A DNA stretch of 64,000 nucleotides from Octopus vulgaris (Eukaryota), in the NCBI GenBank assembly GCA_951406725.2, contig OX597816.1:96658001-96722000 (forward strand), given 5' to 3'. A program made the position numbers and the translations under genes. This document shows, piece after piece, positions 10,348 to 24,240 of the stretch. Every line of letters starts with the position of its first letter. Position 1 is the first letter of the stretch. Under the pieces are notes generated by a model. That model was not told where the DNA came from, searched no databases, and saw only the letters and a list, made by a program, of their open reading frames with translations.

Positions 10348-10848
10348 AAGATAGATAGATAGATAGACATACAATGGAACAAAAACGCAATAGAGGACAA
10401 TAAAACATTCGGTCAGATAGACGATACAAAGGCGGACAGGAAAAACAGCAATTAGGACAGGGGGAAAGGGACGTGTCATTTGTGGCCTTCTTTCTTCAGT
10501 CAAGTTACCAGATGTCCTTACAGTTTCGGGCAGTTACAATTGAGACTGTTAAAAAAAGTCTAAGCTAAGAGTATTAGATTTTTTTGTAAGTAAGTTAGCG
10601 ATTGTGTACAGCAGCAAAGACAAAAGCGGAGAACATGATGCACAATTACAAATACAAACAACAATAATATAGCAACAAGTGTCTTTCGACTGAGGACGAT
10701 TCCTATTGAGCTGGCATGTATGAAGTGAAAGCCTAAAAGCAAGAACATAGGAGATGGGCATAAGGGGTATTAGCGATCGGCAGTCAGGCCAAGAAATAAA
10801 GATCATGGCTGGTTGGACGCCGGTCACACACACACACACACACAAACA

Positions 10849-10880
<32 letters not shown>

Positions 10881-11132
10881 CATATGTATGTGTGTAAATG
10901 TGTGTATGCAGGAGTGTCTGTCTGAGTGTGTATATGTGTGTATGTTTGTGTATAAGTAAGATATGAAGAAAATGACGTCAAAAGGCATCACTTCCCAAGA
11001 GTTCTAGCACTGCTTCCAATAGTGGAAACGTGCCCGGACTAATGCATTGCTTCAAATGAAGTATTCTTTGAAGGCAATAAAAGTGAATAAAATAATATTG
11101 CGAAGTTCCTGCCTCTTTTAAGGTTCACTCTC

Positions 11133-11195
<63 letters not shown>

Positions 11196-11213
11196 CATAC
11201 ATACATACATACA

Positions 11214-11248
<35 letters not shown>

Positions 11249-11270
11249 TTACATATATATACATACATAT

Positions 11271-11314
<44 letters not shown>

Positions 11315-11699
11315 GTATGTATATATATATATATACACTTAATACATATATGAGTGAGTGAGTGTGTATCTGTGTGCGATTGTGTGTATGTGTATGTGTA
11401 TACATATAATTTCGAAGGAGGGGAGCAAAATTACAGATATTCTTTATAAAATGCGTTATAACAGAATCTGTATTGCTTCAATATTGATACTGACGTAGAC
11501 GGTATTAGCGGCGATATATAGTATATACTTGTACTGATTGCATTAGTATTTGTGTTGATGGTGATGTTGGTCTTAATATTGATACATATACAATGTATAA
11601 GTGGTGTCAATAGTTATGGTATTGGCAGCGTTATTGAATATCTATAGTGTAGGCAGCAAATGGTTTTGAAATAATGAAGTAATTTCCGGCGTAGCGAAC

Positions 11700-12440
11700 A
11701 TAGGTGTCTGAAATTTGATGAATATATGTTAATATTTTCTTCCATTGTCGAATGGACACGTCATTGGACGAATGATGGTTACAGTGGGTTGGTTTTTATT
11801 ATTTGTATTGGTAAATTGTATTGGTTTCTGGTAAAGATAATGCTGCTGACGATGATAGCTTTGTTGGTAGTGATGGTGTTGGTAATGGTGGAGATGGTAT
11901 TGGTGGTAGTAGTGTTGGTGGTATTGACGGTAATGGAAGTGGTAGATGTAATGGTGGTGGATGTAGTCAGATTGTGATGGAGATGATGTAGGGAGTTATT
12001 GTTTGATGTAATTAACGACTTGATGTTCGAAATGTTTGTTAATTGCGATCGTGATGGTGACGGTGATGTTGTTATAGCTATCATGTTCTGGTGATCATAT
12101 TATCTATTAGGGTTGTATGCATCATCATAGCAGTAGGGACGATAATCGCCGTCATGCGAGCTTTGGTGGAACAGCTGAAGCTGGCGGTGTTGTACATAGG
12201 TGGTGCGATAATTGAGGTAATGCAGTTGACCAATGGTAATAATGGTAGTTGCGGTGGTCGCGGCGGCAGCGATGGTGGTGGTAGTGGTGGTGGTGGTGAC
12301 GATGCTGTTGCCGATACTGACAATAGCGGTAGGGCTGGTGGTCGAGATAATACAGATTATGAGGAAGAGGAGGGGGAGGAGGAGGAGGAGGAGGAGGAGG
12401 ATGTTCATAGTGATAGTGAGGACAAAGTGACAGTGATGGT
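11700..12440. repeat. Degenerate GGT/GAT/GAG trinucleotide low-complexity tract
   Basis: Dense GGT, GAT and GAG triplets giving poly-V/G/E/T ORFs. Confidence 0.7.
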
Positions 12441-13070
12441 GATATGTACTTCGCTTGCCATCTTTCTAATAAATAATCAGTCTTGTACTAGGGACGATTC
12501 CTTTTCTGTCACTTTATGTTTCTGTCCATTCTTCTCTCTCCTGGAAGTTATCAGCTGTGACATCTTATTCTTGACTACACCAAATATAAAATCTCACTAC
12601 GACACAGCAAGTATAATATGTCACAACGATGCCCCTACTATTACATGAAGGAGTTGAGTGACCAAGGTAAGGCACGACAAAATTATAACATCTTTAGAGA
12701 GACACGCAAGTATTAGTTGGGAATTTCTAAATACTTAAATTATTGTTTCAAAAACCATTGACGCTCTTAGATACAACTCGCAGTGCATTAGCTTACAATA
12801 GTTGAACCACTACAATGTAGTATGATCTTATTTTGCAACTATTTTTAGCAGATTGAGTAACTGCGTAGAAGTTCTTTCACTGGGTTTTATGAAGTTTTGT
12901 AAAAAGATTTTAAAAAAAAGAAGATAATCATATTTAGGAGACTTCATGGGAGAACGAGTTATACAAGTTAAAGCTGGTGATGTCACCGTTTTAAAGAATA
13001 GGTTAAATCTACAATTCAGAACGTTGGATTGGATGAATTGAGAGAACATTAGACAAAATATCTTGATATA

Positions 13071-13857
13071 CACTGAACCGCAAAAGAAACGCGGTGACTA
13101 TGAAATAGGTTTTAATTTCATTATGCCAGAGATAAATTTTGATAAATCTGATAAAGTGAATTCTTGGATGCACTTTGACCACAGTCTATGGGTCGTTGTC
13201 ATATGTTCTGGTAGTGGGCAGATCCAGTACATCGAGATTGAAGGGCATGACATGTTCAATACCGTATATTCCTTCCCTGGGTGTTCAAAACGGCCATACA
13301 CGGAGTGCATGAGGCGGTTCACAAAAGCCACTGGCACCTGCCTCCAGTTCCACACGAGTTGTCAGCCTTTGGACCACCTGGTTCAGCTGTGTCTGGATTT
13401 CATCTCACAGGTAGTCAATTGGGTTCAAATCCGGGCTGAGAGCCAACTACGGCATGGCTCTGATGTTATGCTGACAGGGAATCCATGGTGACCTTGGCCG
13501 TGTGGGAGGGAGCATTTTCCTGCTGTAACATGTGGCTATGATGACGTGCGAAGAAGGGCACGATGTGAAGTCATAGAATTTGGTCAACGTAGCGCTGCAC
13601 TGTGATACCATTCCCTCTGCCTGCACCAACATTTCAGTTTTCCTGACAATTGTTTGCGATTTCCACCCACGGCATTCAACGCAGCTGCATTTTGGCGTCA
13701 CGTTTCAGGGAAAGTTGAAAGATTACCGGCAATTTGGACCTCAGTCATAAACCAACATGTCTTGGAATATTTACACTTACAACCCCGAAATAAATTTTCA
13801 GTATTTACCATATAAATGTGACATTTGAAAAAATCGCGTTTCTTTTGCGGTTTAGTG
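13071..13857 (-). mobile_element. Internally deleted Tc1-like transposon
   Basis: TIRs CACTRAACCGCAAAAGAAACGCG and TA TSDs at 13069-70 and 13858-59. Minus-strand remnant reads QENAPSHTAKV / ALSPDLNPIDYL*DEI. Confidence 0.85.
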
Positions 13858-15249
13858 TATTTAGTTGCGACTTTTTATCCACTAACTTCTAATCCTAAGT
13901 AGACAAAGCCCAAATGAAACGAGTATGAGTTAAAATAACTCAATACTATTTAAAAATCGTAGTATATATATTAGATAATGTGGATCTTTTCTGATTGATT
14001 TGCTGAGTCCGGCAGTTTTTATATTTTCTATACAGTATAGTTGTGTATACTAATTACAAACATCGCAGTAATTATTTTCTTTTATGAAAAATGAATTAAT
14101 ATGTCAAACAACCTTTAAAGATTATTATTTTATTTTTGTAATCTTAGCCAATCAGACCCATCTGCTCTCTGTGAGGTCGTCTCGGTGTTATGGAAGGCGC
14201 CATGTTTTTTTTTTTCATTTTGCTTTCGAAACGTGGTTAAGAAAAATCACAACTTGTTTTTTTAGAAATTGATAATAAAACATTATAGAGAACATTAAAG
14301 TTGAACATATTTAATTAACGGAAGCAAAAAAAAAGAAAAGAAATTAACTTTTGTAATGAAGTTTAGCTTCACACTACAAACTCTAATTCTTAATCCTTAC
14401 CTCCAAATTGTAAACTCTAATCTTTAACATTAAATTCTAACTCTAATCTTAACCCCTAAATCCTAACACTATTTTCATTTTCCGATGACGAAAATAGAGG
14501 GTTTGAGTTGGTAAAGGTTACTAAAATATCAAGAAAGATGGAGATCTTTAAGTCAAACGGAAACGATCCGACAATGTTTGCAGAAAAGGTGCAACCAGCA
14601 TAATATTTTCGTTTCTCTTCTTTCATTTGATTTGTTTTTTTATATAAGAGCTGACAAGGTTGGGATAGTGGGGGAGATAAATGTAATCAAAATCAACAAA
14701 AAGACAATGGTGGAGCTAAAATCAGCACCGCAAGCTAACAAAACATCCGTTTATTCTACAATGTTCAACTCACTGCTTATGAATAATAATGAAATGTACC
14801 GTTCGAAAATTAAATATTTTTTCACCATGGATACAGTGCAATGTTGGTCACATTGTACAAACAGCGAATGCTCGCGTGTCATCAGACGCCATACTGATGC
14901 TGCTAGATTGTGACTCACGATAATTTATAACTTCTAGTAGTCTTAATCTGTTATGCTACATCTATTGTTTTGCAGTTCGGTCTTTTTCCTTAAAAAAATA
15001 TTCTACTTTCTTCCACATATTACAATGATGCGTTAGATCAACACAATGCCCGACTTCCTCTTTACAAATAATTTATATATATATATATATCTTTTTAGTA
15101 TTTTTTGTTTTGTTTTGTTTTATAAAATATTGTTATTTCTGTCAAGAGTACTTTCTCTGTATTATCATTTCGTTTTACATTCAATATTCAAATTTCAAAT
15201 CTATTGTTTTATTATCCAATCGAAATACTTCATTACAAATTAGGACGCA

Positions 15250-15284
<35 letters not shown>

Positions 15285-15622
15285 TACATACATACATACT
15301 GACAGACAAACAGAGCACACATATATACGCACGCTTTTAGAAAGGATGGCTATCTTATCTCATTTTGCTCTAGCATGTTTTGGAAACTAAGTAATGAAAT
15401 TACTACATCAGTGCTTTCTAATGTGGTACACTCCACCCATTACGCATAATATTTGCTTTCGAGATATTTTAATTCGTGTGTAGCGGAATACTTTAAATGT
15501 TATGTCCATTCGTATGTGTTAAAATGTGTGTTTATGCATGTCAAACAAAATATAAATATATACACAAACCATATATGCATATATATTTACATATATGCAG
15601 ATAGACAGACAGACAGACAGAC

Positions 15623-15718
<96 letters not shown>

Positions 15719-15904
15719 GATAGATTTAATCAAAATAAAAGAAAAAAGGCAGACTAACATTTTTAATGATCAGTTACAATTGTTTCTGTATGAACTCTGT
15801 TTTCAATGCCAGTTCACGTAGAAGTTCCAAGTGAGAATTTACGTAATAATTGCAGCTTTCAAGATGATAGTGACACTTCCTGTAAGTATATATTAACATA
15901 TACA

Positions 15905-16223
15905 ACAAAACAGGAGGCTGGAAAAGTTTTTGGTATTATTTTTGCACTATCACATGTTTCATCAGCTTATAAGTATCAGAAAGTTGTACATTTTGGAAAA
16001 ATATGTAAGAAATCTCCTATTAGTAATTCTTCAAACAAGAATGCTTATAGAAGTCAGACAGAAACAAATAATGCATTAATTGGGAGTGTCTGTCTGAAGA
16101 ATTTCTAATAGGAAATTTGTTACATAATTTTCCAAAATGTACAACTTTGTGACTCCTACTAGCAGATGAAACATGTGATGCTGAAAAAATAATACCAAAA
16201 TATTTTCCAGCTTCTTGTTTTGT
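15905..16223. repeat. Imperfect long inverted repeat (foldback, arms about 130 bp)
   Basis: AAAGTTGTACATTTTGGAAAA pairs with TTTTCCAAAATGTACAACTTT. TTTTGGTATTATTTTT pairs with AAAAATAATACCAAAA. Confidence 0.8.
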
Positions 16224-16591
16224 TATAATAACTCTGCAAGCATTATTATTTTAGTGACTTATTTCTTTATTTGATTAAGCGCTTAATCTTTTGAACAATG
16301 TGCTCAAATTCCTGTGATGCATCGGTAGGAACTGGAATCCACAAAATCAAAGCAAACCCTCAATTACTTCGGATGATTTCGCGGTGCTTCATTTTCACAT
16401 TTACAATTAAATATCACAAATGCATTTAAGTTTGATACACAATGACTCTTACTGAAATGTAAAAATAATGAATGAAAATGAAATAAATTACAATATAGCT
16501 ATTGAAATATATTGCGTAACATATGTGTAGTTATGTAACTTGGTTTTTGATAGCTGAAAGTGGAAGACGAAACAATAATTATTGCCCTATA

Positions 16592-17359
16592 TCTCTATAT
16601 ATAAAACTGAAATGCGTTTGGACCGCTTGGATCGCTTTCAAAGCCACTACATCCCGTCGGATTGACTCCAAAATTTACAGGGACATGTAAAATGAGGTGA
16701 CGATGCCCATGGGCTACCTTAGAAATCCCTATCTTAAAAGGTGTCGTTGCTAGGGCCAAAAACCCACTTTGACAAGTCCACTCCCATTCTTTAATGTATC
16801 TGTCTTTCTCAACTCACTCACGCTATTTCCTCCCTTGCCAGCACTTTTTCATTCACTCTATTTCCTACCTTCCTATCACTTTCACTTCATCAAACGGCGT
16901 TCTTTTATGTATCTGTATGCATTCATAGACAGAATTATCATCGCCACCCCCAACACACAATCATGGCAACAAATATGAATCTCGCCATCGCATTCTAATG
17001 TCTGCCTGTCAACGCGCCGATGGAGGAAATACAAACAGAACACACCAACGAGCGTTCGTGTTCTGGTGATAACGTAGGTTTTTCGTATCTATTACATTTT
17101 AACATTTATTTAGAACCCTGCAAATTTTTCGTGCTAAATTTTCATTTTTTACTACTTCATTATTTTTTCTTAAATTGATGCTTTTATTAAAATTAATTCT
17201 AATTGTCTGGGTCAACAGTTCGTTTCCTCGGAGGATATGGAAATTCCTATTACCCGTCAGAGAAATAACTCCAGCAGCTCACAACTATTTCAACAAAGAC
17301 AAGGTTACCTGCTTACCAGTCGAATTCAGCGTCAACGCTCACGTATGAGAGAGACTCCA

Positions 17360-17392
<33 letters not shown>

Positions 17393-18589
17393 TATATAAT
17401 GTGTGCATTATGTGGTCGATTGAGCTGAAAATATGCAGACCTATGTTAAAAGTGCTGGTAAGTTTGCATGACAACTATTTTTTTCCTCAAATGAAACGCG
17501 TGACCTCTAGGACAAAATTCCTCATCTTATAAAATGTGGCCCCAGTAGACCCGAATGAAATCGGGTTATATTAACCAAAATGTGAAAAGGGGTCTGAATG
17601 GGGCTGGAAGGGGATTAAAATTTAAATGAGCAGTGTTTAGGAATTCTCTGTTACATCAAGCTAAAAAATTTGCGCCAGCCTTTTAATCGTCAATGTGTTA
17701 CCGTCCATGATGAAGAAGTTTTGAATGGTTGCCATGGTGAGTCTACTGTCGTGAGAAAGAATCACTTCAAAACTTGGTGTTTAGGGATTTTCTTTTACAT
17801 CAAGTTCAAAATTTTACGCCAGCCGTTAAACTGTCAAAACGTTGCTGTCCGTTGTTAAGAAATGCCAGCCATGGTGACTCTACTATCCTCAGATTCTATC
17901 CCTTCAAACTTTGGTTTCCAATATTTTATTATTTTTATTCAGCTCGCAAGTTCGTCTGTCCCTTTTAAATGTTAGTGTTTTGCTGTCTGCCTTGAAGCAG
18001 ACCTTTTTGTTGTTACTGCCTGATATTTATGATTGATCTTTCTAAATATTTTATTTCTCAACTTACTCAAGATCTTTTGTTGTTTATAAATGGGAGAGAG
18101 ATAGATAAAGATAGAGAGTAAGAGAAAACGAGGGAGAGTCCGAGAGAAAGGAAGAGTAAGAGAGTGGGGAAAGTGAGAGAGAAAGGAGAGAGAAACAAAG
18201 AGGGAGAATCATCATCATCATCATCATCGTTTAACGTCCGTTTTCCGTGCTAGCACGGGTTGGACAGTTTGACCGGGGTCTAGGAAGCCAGGAGGCTGCA
18301 CCAGGCTCCAGTCTGATCTGGAAGTGTTTCTACAGGTGAATGCCCTTCCTAACGCCAACCACTCTGTGAGCGTAGTGGGTGCTTTTTTCGTGCCGCCGGC
18401 ACAGGTGCCAGGGGGGCTGGCAGCGGCCACGATCGGTTGGTGCTTTTTACGTACCACCGGCACAGAAGCCAGTCAAGGCGGCGCCGCAATCGGCCACGTT
18501 CGGGTGGTGCTTTTTACGTGCTGAAAGGAAGCAACAGAAAGTAACAACCACACTCTTACCCGCGCGTAGAGCGGGTCACCTTCAGCTAG
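16592..18589 (+). mobile_element. Non-autonomous Helitron with nested insertions
   Basis: 5' end A|TCTCTATATATAAAACTG. 3' hairpin ACCCGC-gcgtaga-GCGGGT followed by CTAG|T. A-T target with no TSD. Confidence 0.65.
18209..18522 (-). mobile_element. RTE-LINE 3' tail fragment
   Basis: Reverse complement of the 55540-55720 tail (…AAAACGGACGTTAAACGATGATGAT). Confidence 0.75.
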
Positions 18590-18656
18590 TCATGTTATAT
18601 TAATATATTCTTGTCACGATCTGATCCTCTCTGTTGTTGAATAAGCAAATATATAT

Positions 18657-18853
18657 ACTGCATTTGATGGCATAAAAGACGCACGGATATATTAGATATA
18701 TCTCTATTTCAGCAGCACATATTCAGGAGGGGGGGATTAATGCATTAAAACTTATGGGAGACCCAAGACCCGGAGTGATTTTTTTTCTCCTCTTTCTGTT
18801 TTATTTTTTCTATGGAAAAGAAATGTGCGTTTTATATGCCATCAAATTCGCTA
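18657..18853. mobile_element. Small MITE (Tc1/pogo-like TIRs)
   Basis: ATTTGATGGCATAAAAGACGCAC pairs with GTGCGTTTTATATGCCATCAAAT. Confidence 0.6.
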
Positions 18854-19339
18854 ATTACTTCAAGAACTTTTTCACAGCACACCCACCTATATAACACCTG
18901 CATGCAATTAACATCGACTAACACCTTACTGTTCATTATATGTTACATTGGGTAATTTAAGCTGATCTTTCGTTTTATTTTGAGGGTATTATATTTTTCC
19001 CTTGTTAATATTACCAAGAAAAAAACTTACAGATTTTTCTGATTAAAAATAAACGGTATTACGAAGAAATAATCTGGATGAAGCGGAAATAGAAGGAAGA
19101 AAGTTGTTAATCAAGAAAAATAAACATCAAATTATCAGATAATGGGCGCCTATACTTCATGCAGAAAACGCGTGATGTTCGCCGCACCAGAAATGGGATT
19201 CGATGAACAGGTTCTACCTGCCTTCAACACGACAGAGACGGTATCCATACCGTTAGGTTTGCACTTCAAGTACAAACATTTAAAGACTTTTGACCTTGAG
19301 GCAAGTGATAGAATCTTGGCTATTGCTGCTGTATAAGTA

Positions 19340-20860
19340 TCCAGGTATTATTGCTGCCAAGTATCCAGGTATTATCTTCTCAGTAAACTAGTCCATTTTT
19401 TACATTTTATGCTTCTAATAAATAGAATTTACAATGCTCTGCAGGGAGAGATCAGTATCATATCTTATTTCATACAGCTCCTTATATTATTGATTTCATG
19501 GGCTCAAACTTAGGCAAGATAGTACTGGTCTTTTTTCTTTGCTGCAAATGTTATTTCAGTGTCATATGACATCAGTACAGTTTTGAGACCAGGACCACCA
19601 ACCTTGCGTAGGAAGTATAGCCTGTCTACATCTCCATTGATGTTGAAGTTTCTTGTAACCCTGAGAAGCTTGCGAGTTCGAACATTTGTTTCATTGGGCT
19701 CTAGTAGTGAACAGCTCAGGAGGCCAAACGTAGGGGTGGGGACAGTCATTGCAAAGATCTTGTGAGCAATATGTTTGTTATAAGCTGAGAGTTCTGATGA
19801 TCATATTCTCTTTACACTCCTGAAGTATTCATTCCTGATCCGCTCTTTCTTTATGGATCCATCACATCTAACATTCTCATCTTGTCCATGATACCAATAA
19901 CTGTCACCTGACTGTAGAGATAATATTACCAGGCCGTTTATTTTTAGGTTTTCAGAGGAGGGTACAACTTTTTAACGTTTTAAGGTCAAAAATGTACATT
20001 TGGACTCATCAAATGTCATTCCAGTGTCTATAGAAAATTAGGTAGTGAAGTCCAATTGCTTTTTAAATGCTTGATTTTTGGTTCATACATTTTCAGGTCG
20101 CCGACTAATAAAAGATGGGATATACTCCTGGATCCATTTCTATGGCCTCTATACTTTGTGAACAGATAGGATAATAGGTTTAATAAGCGGATGAAGATAA
20201 ACACAGGCTATCACCCTGAAAAATGCCTTTTACGTAGTGAATGCTATCCGGTTCAGTTTGCTCTTTATCACTCCTAAGGAGCAAAGTGGTGTATCAAGTC
20301 TTGGCCAGGAGTTCAATAGCACACACTAGTGGTTGCCGGACTTTGGTTAACTGGCTTACTAGTCCAACCATAATACAGTTAAGTTCCTGTGATTTTTACT
20401 GTTTTACCTAGATCCTTTTGTTAATTAGTAGTTACTGTATGCAGTCCCACACCTCCTTCTTTCCTCTAGTTTGCTCAGGTGTTATAATGCTGCTGCTGGT
20501 ACAAATTGAGGTACTCAGTGTAAAATTTGTACAGGATGTTCTGGCAGGCTGTTGGACGGTAATTTTTAGCAAGGGTGTTTTGGCTATTCTTGGAAATGAA
20601 GAGAATAGTTGCAGTTGGTTGCCATTCAGGCAGTTCTTGTATGCCCTTGATACTTTCTCCATGCAACTGTATAAGATCTCGCCAATAAAAGGTGAAATTC
20701 TTCGGCCACTAGCCTGTTATGAGTTCTGGGTCTGGGGATTTCTTTTTAGATATTTTCTCTAGCACCGTTTCCAGTATTTCGGCTTCTTTTCATATTGCTC
20801 TTGCTGGACATGTTGTGTACTACTCCTGCTTCAGTTCTTTTAGCCATACAACTTCTTTAT
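19340..20860 (-). pseudogene. Decayed R4/Dong-like non-LTR reverse transcriptase fragment
   Basis: KNYRPTACQNILYK, ITPEQ.RGKK, GIFQGDSL, SHLL..GDLK and DVDRLYFLRKVGGPGL motifs with many stops. Confidence 0.75.
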
Positions 20861-20896
20861 TGAATACATCAACTTGTATGTATGTATGTATGTATG

Positions 20897-20927
<31 letters not shown>

Positions 20928-21800
20928 TATATATATATATATATATACACATACATACATACATATATATATATATGTATGCATGAATTATCTATGTATG
21001 CATATATTACGTATATATGTATGCATATAAATGTTCGTATGTATGAATGTATACTAAATGCATAGATGTGTTCATTTGTGATAAAAAAAATTGTTTTTAC
21101 AGTTTAGGGAAAGTTTAAGTGTAAAAATAAAAGAATAGTTTTAAACTGTTTTATAGTTTTCTCATTGTTACGACCGAACACAAACAATCCGTATCTGAAC
21201 AAGGTGAAAAGAGCCATGAAACTAAATCTGAATATTTCTATAGAGCTGTAATCGGCCAAGTAAATGTACGTGACCCGCTTAAGGCAATAAATATTCGTGA
21301 TATATTGCGGAAGATACGTAGTTCGTTGGCCAATAACCTTCAATTATAACCATGTTTTAATTGTTAGGATTTTGTTTTTTAATATAATCAAAACTTAAAT
21401 GAAGCTCAAGGCGCTTGCAGTTGAAACATGAACGAAAATCTTTTCAAGAAATTGCAATTATTTCCATAGTTTTTTCAAGCTCTTCAATAATTGTTGAACG
21501 TATTAAACTGGTTCAGGGCAATAAGGAAAAAATATTAAAAAATATAAACAAGATTAAATGATTAGTTTTGTTAAATTATTTAGTTATAAAAATATTTCGT
21601 TCCTGGATCTTCGATCGGAATGTATTTTTCTGTTTTGCTGTATGGATTTTTATTTTCGACTAGGGCCATTCGGTTCACTCTCACAGAGGTTGTCATTAGT
21701 AAAGGCATAATGGTAACTTCATATCACTCCAGTCCCTTCCTCAGAAAAGGTAAGTTTTGTGAATAATCAAAAAGAAATCAATAATTATTTTATGTAGCAA

Positions 21801-22015
21801 GGCGAAGAATTAGCAGAATCGTTCGCGCACCGGGCAAAAGGCTTAGCGGCATTTCGTCTGCCTTTGCGTTTTGAGTTCAAATTAATCTGAGGGAGACTTT
21901 GCCTTTTATTCTTTCGGGTTCAATAAAATAAGTACCAGTCGAGCACTGGGGTCAATGTAATCGACTTATTCCCTAAACATAAATTGCTGGCCTTGTGCCA
22001 AACTTTGAAACCAAT
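21801..22015 (+). mobile_element. MetaSINE-like SINE
   Basis: Same head and core as 6687-6897. Confidence 0.72.
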
Positions 22016-22223
22016 ATTTATTTTGTGTGGTAAAGAGCGATGTAGTTTCAATGTTTCCGTATGCCAAGAACAGCACCAATGTCAACGGTTCTTATCTCAC
22101 TCTTTCCGTTCAAGTGGAATGTCGTAATATTCTGTCACTTATACGCCATGGAAACCAAGTAACCGGCCCTATGAGTCCTAGGACGCGTGACAGCAATGTC
22201 CAGAGGTTAACAACAACAACAAC

Positions 22224-22273
<50 letters not shown>

Positions 22274-22789
22274 TGATGCCGCTGCACCTTGACAAACATT
22301 CATCTATTTTCTATTGGTGATTGGAATTTAGTTTCGACTTTTAGATGAAGCTATTTTCGATCGTAACCAAAGCCTTTTTTTACCTTCTTCCCGCCCCTAT
22401 AATTTTCCAGTTATTAATAAGAAATTCTACAAGTGAATAAGCATATGAAAAGACCACCAGACTTACTTTAATGCTTCCACTGTCCAGTTCCAAATCTATA
22501 TCCATTGATCTGAGATCAAATCCCACTACAGGATAAAACAGTCAATAACTAGTTTAAATCAGGTAACTATACTCTAAACCCAAGAAACATTCAGCGAAAG
22601 TAAAAGAGCAAATATTCATTGTTTAGCATGTCAGGAAACACAACAGAAGGTAAGTTCCCATCATCCTAAGAACTAAACCGACTTCTTATTCCTGTTTACT
22701 AATAATCATGCGAAAATTTATCAACAACTATTGCTCCCTTCAGATAACAAAACTCAGCATTTTTGCTCAATTGTTCTGTATTGTACAAA

Positions 22790-22996
22790 CAAGGGGTGCT
22801 GAAAAGTTCCAGGCTCTAAGGGTTTCGCGATAAGCCTAATTGGAGGCCCAACCTTCCGAGTTCTTTAACAGAGCTTAGAAAAACTAAAGGACCGCTGCAA
22901 TAAGTGTGAATCTGAGAGGGGAATATGTTGAATAAAATTAACTGATCCACCTGTATTTTCTTTTACCTAAAGCCGGGAACTTTTCAGTACCCGTCG
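22790..22996 (+). mobile_element. mariner-derived MITE
   Basis: TIRs GGGTGCTGAAAAGTTCC / GGAACTTTTCAGTACCC. Retains a transposase C-terminus (…GEYVE*). Confidence 0.7.
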
Positions 22997-23399
22997 TATG
23001 TCACTGTAAATTATCAATTCTCAATGAACACCCTAATCCTCATTCTCATCCCATAATGTAGATTTATCTGTAGTTGTGGGATGGTTGATTGCAATTAATG
23101 CTGTCTGTTGTTAGTTGAAAGATGACAGACAGTTAATTTGGTGAATGCTGGTTTAAACTGATTATTTGAGAATCAAAAAAGTGTACATCTATGTTCGAGA
23201 TGATATGAGAGCGTTATGTGTTCTATATAGAAGGTTCTATGTATGCTATGAGAAAATGTGGGTGGGTCGTGTAGGTCATGTTAAATATACAGGATACTAG
23301 AAGGCACACTTAATTACTCCATTCGCGACATAGTGTATTGTAGGTATGTTGATGCTTATAATATATTGTCTTAGCGACATTAGAAGTAGTTTGCTACCC

Positions 23400-23620
23400 A
23401 GTATTCTGGGGTTTTATCGTTGAACCCCATGTCAGCAAGCAAAATTATGATCAAAAGTATTTTACTCGTCTTTTTTTGTAGGCATTGCGTATTTTAGACT
23501 ACATTAACCAATGAGACCTTACCATTTTTAAGACAGGAGGCTGTAATTTGGTTGGATTTAATTTAAGTAGCATTTTACTGCTATTTCTAGCAGGTAACTA
23601 CACAGAGGCTCCTTTAGGTG
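23400..23620 (+). repeat. Dispersed repeat carrying the GCTATTTCTAGCAGGT box
   Basis: The same box recurs at about 42790, 42975, 43981, 48061 and 56080. Confidence 0.55.
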
Positions 23621-24009
23621 AGGTGAGTGTTTGTGGTATAAATGGGCAACGGGGTTTAGAGGCAAAACTTTTGCAGATGTCAATAGTCTTTAAAATAATA
23701 TGTGTGTGCGAAGGAGACAAAAACCGTTGTATCTACAAAACTGTAAATAGCATGGTAGTCAGTGTAGCAGCATGAATCTCTGTAGAAATTTCAAGATAGG
23801 AAAATGTTGGGTAACGATATCAAGGATGATTATTTCTAAAGCTCTTGAGGGGTGAATATAAGAGGGAATGGTATATATGATGCAACATCTCTTAGATTTG
23901 CTGAACTTAAAACTTCTTATAATTTTTTACACATCTTGCTGATTTCTATATCCAAGCCTTTATTATTAGCCATCTTTTCTGTGACTTTCGTGAAAGTGTT
24001 TCTTTCATG

Positions 24010-24240
24010 TGTAACATGATGATTGAAATAATACCAATGGTTATTGAAACTATGGGACTCGTGAAGAAGGACATGGAAATGTTCATCACCCGTATCGCAG
24101 ACGGCGCGAATAGGTACGTAGTTCAGAAGATCGTACAACTTGGATTAGATCACATACTACAGAGAGTGTTGTTATCAAGTGGCATCCTCCCTATGACATC
24201 TCATGCCCTGCAGGATACTAAAGCAGGAAGTACAAAAGGA
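24010..24240 (+). pseudogene. R4/Dong-like restriction-like endonuclease C-terminus fragment
   Basis: IIPMVIETMGLV...VQKIVQLGLDHILQRVL, followed by an (AAT)n tail. Confidence 0.6.

Noticed and set aside
12091-12648. 185-aa ORF with Gly and Glu runs
   Set aside because: It arises from degenerate trinucleotide repeats, with no domain or splice support.
14370-14470. CTAACC/TAACCC-like repeats suggesting interstitial telomere
   Set aside because: Too degenerate and short; more likely low-complexity sequence inside a non-autonomous element.
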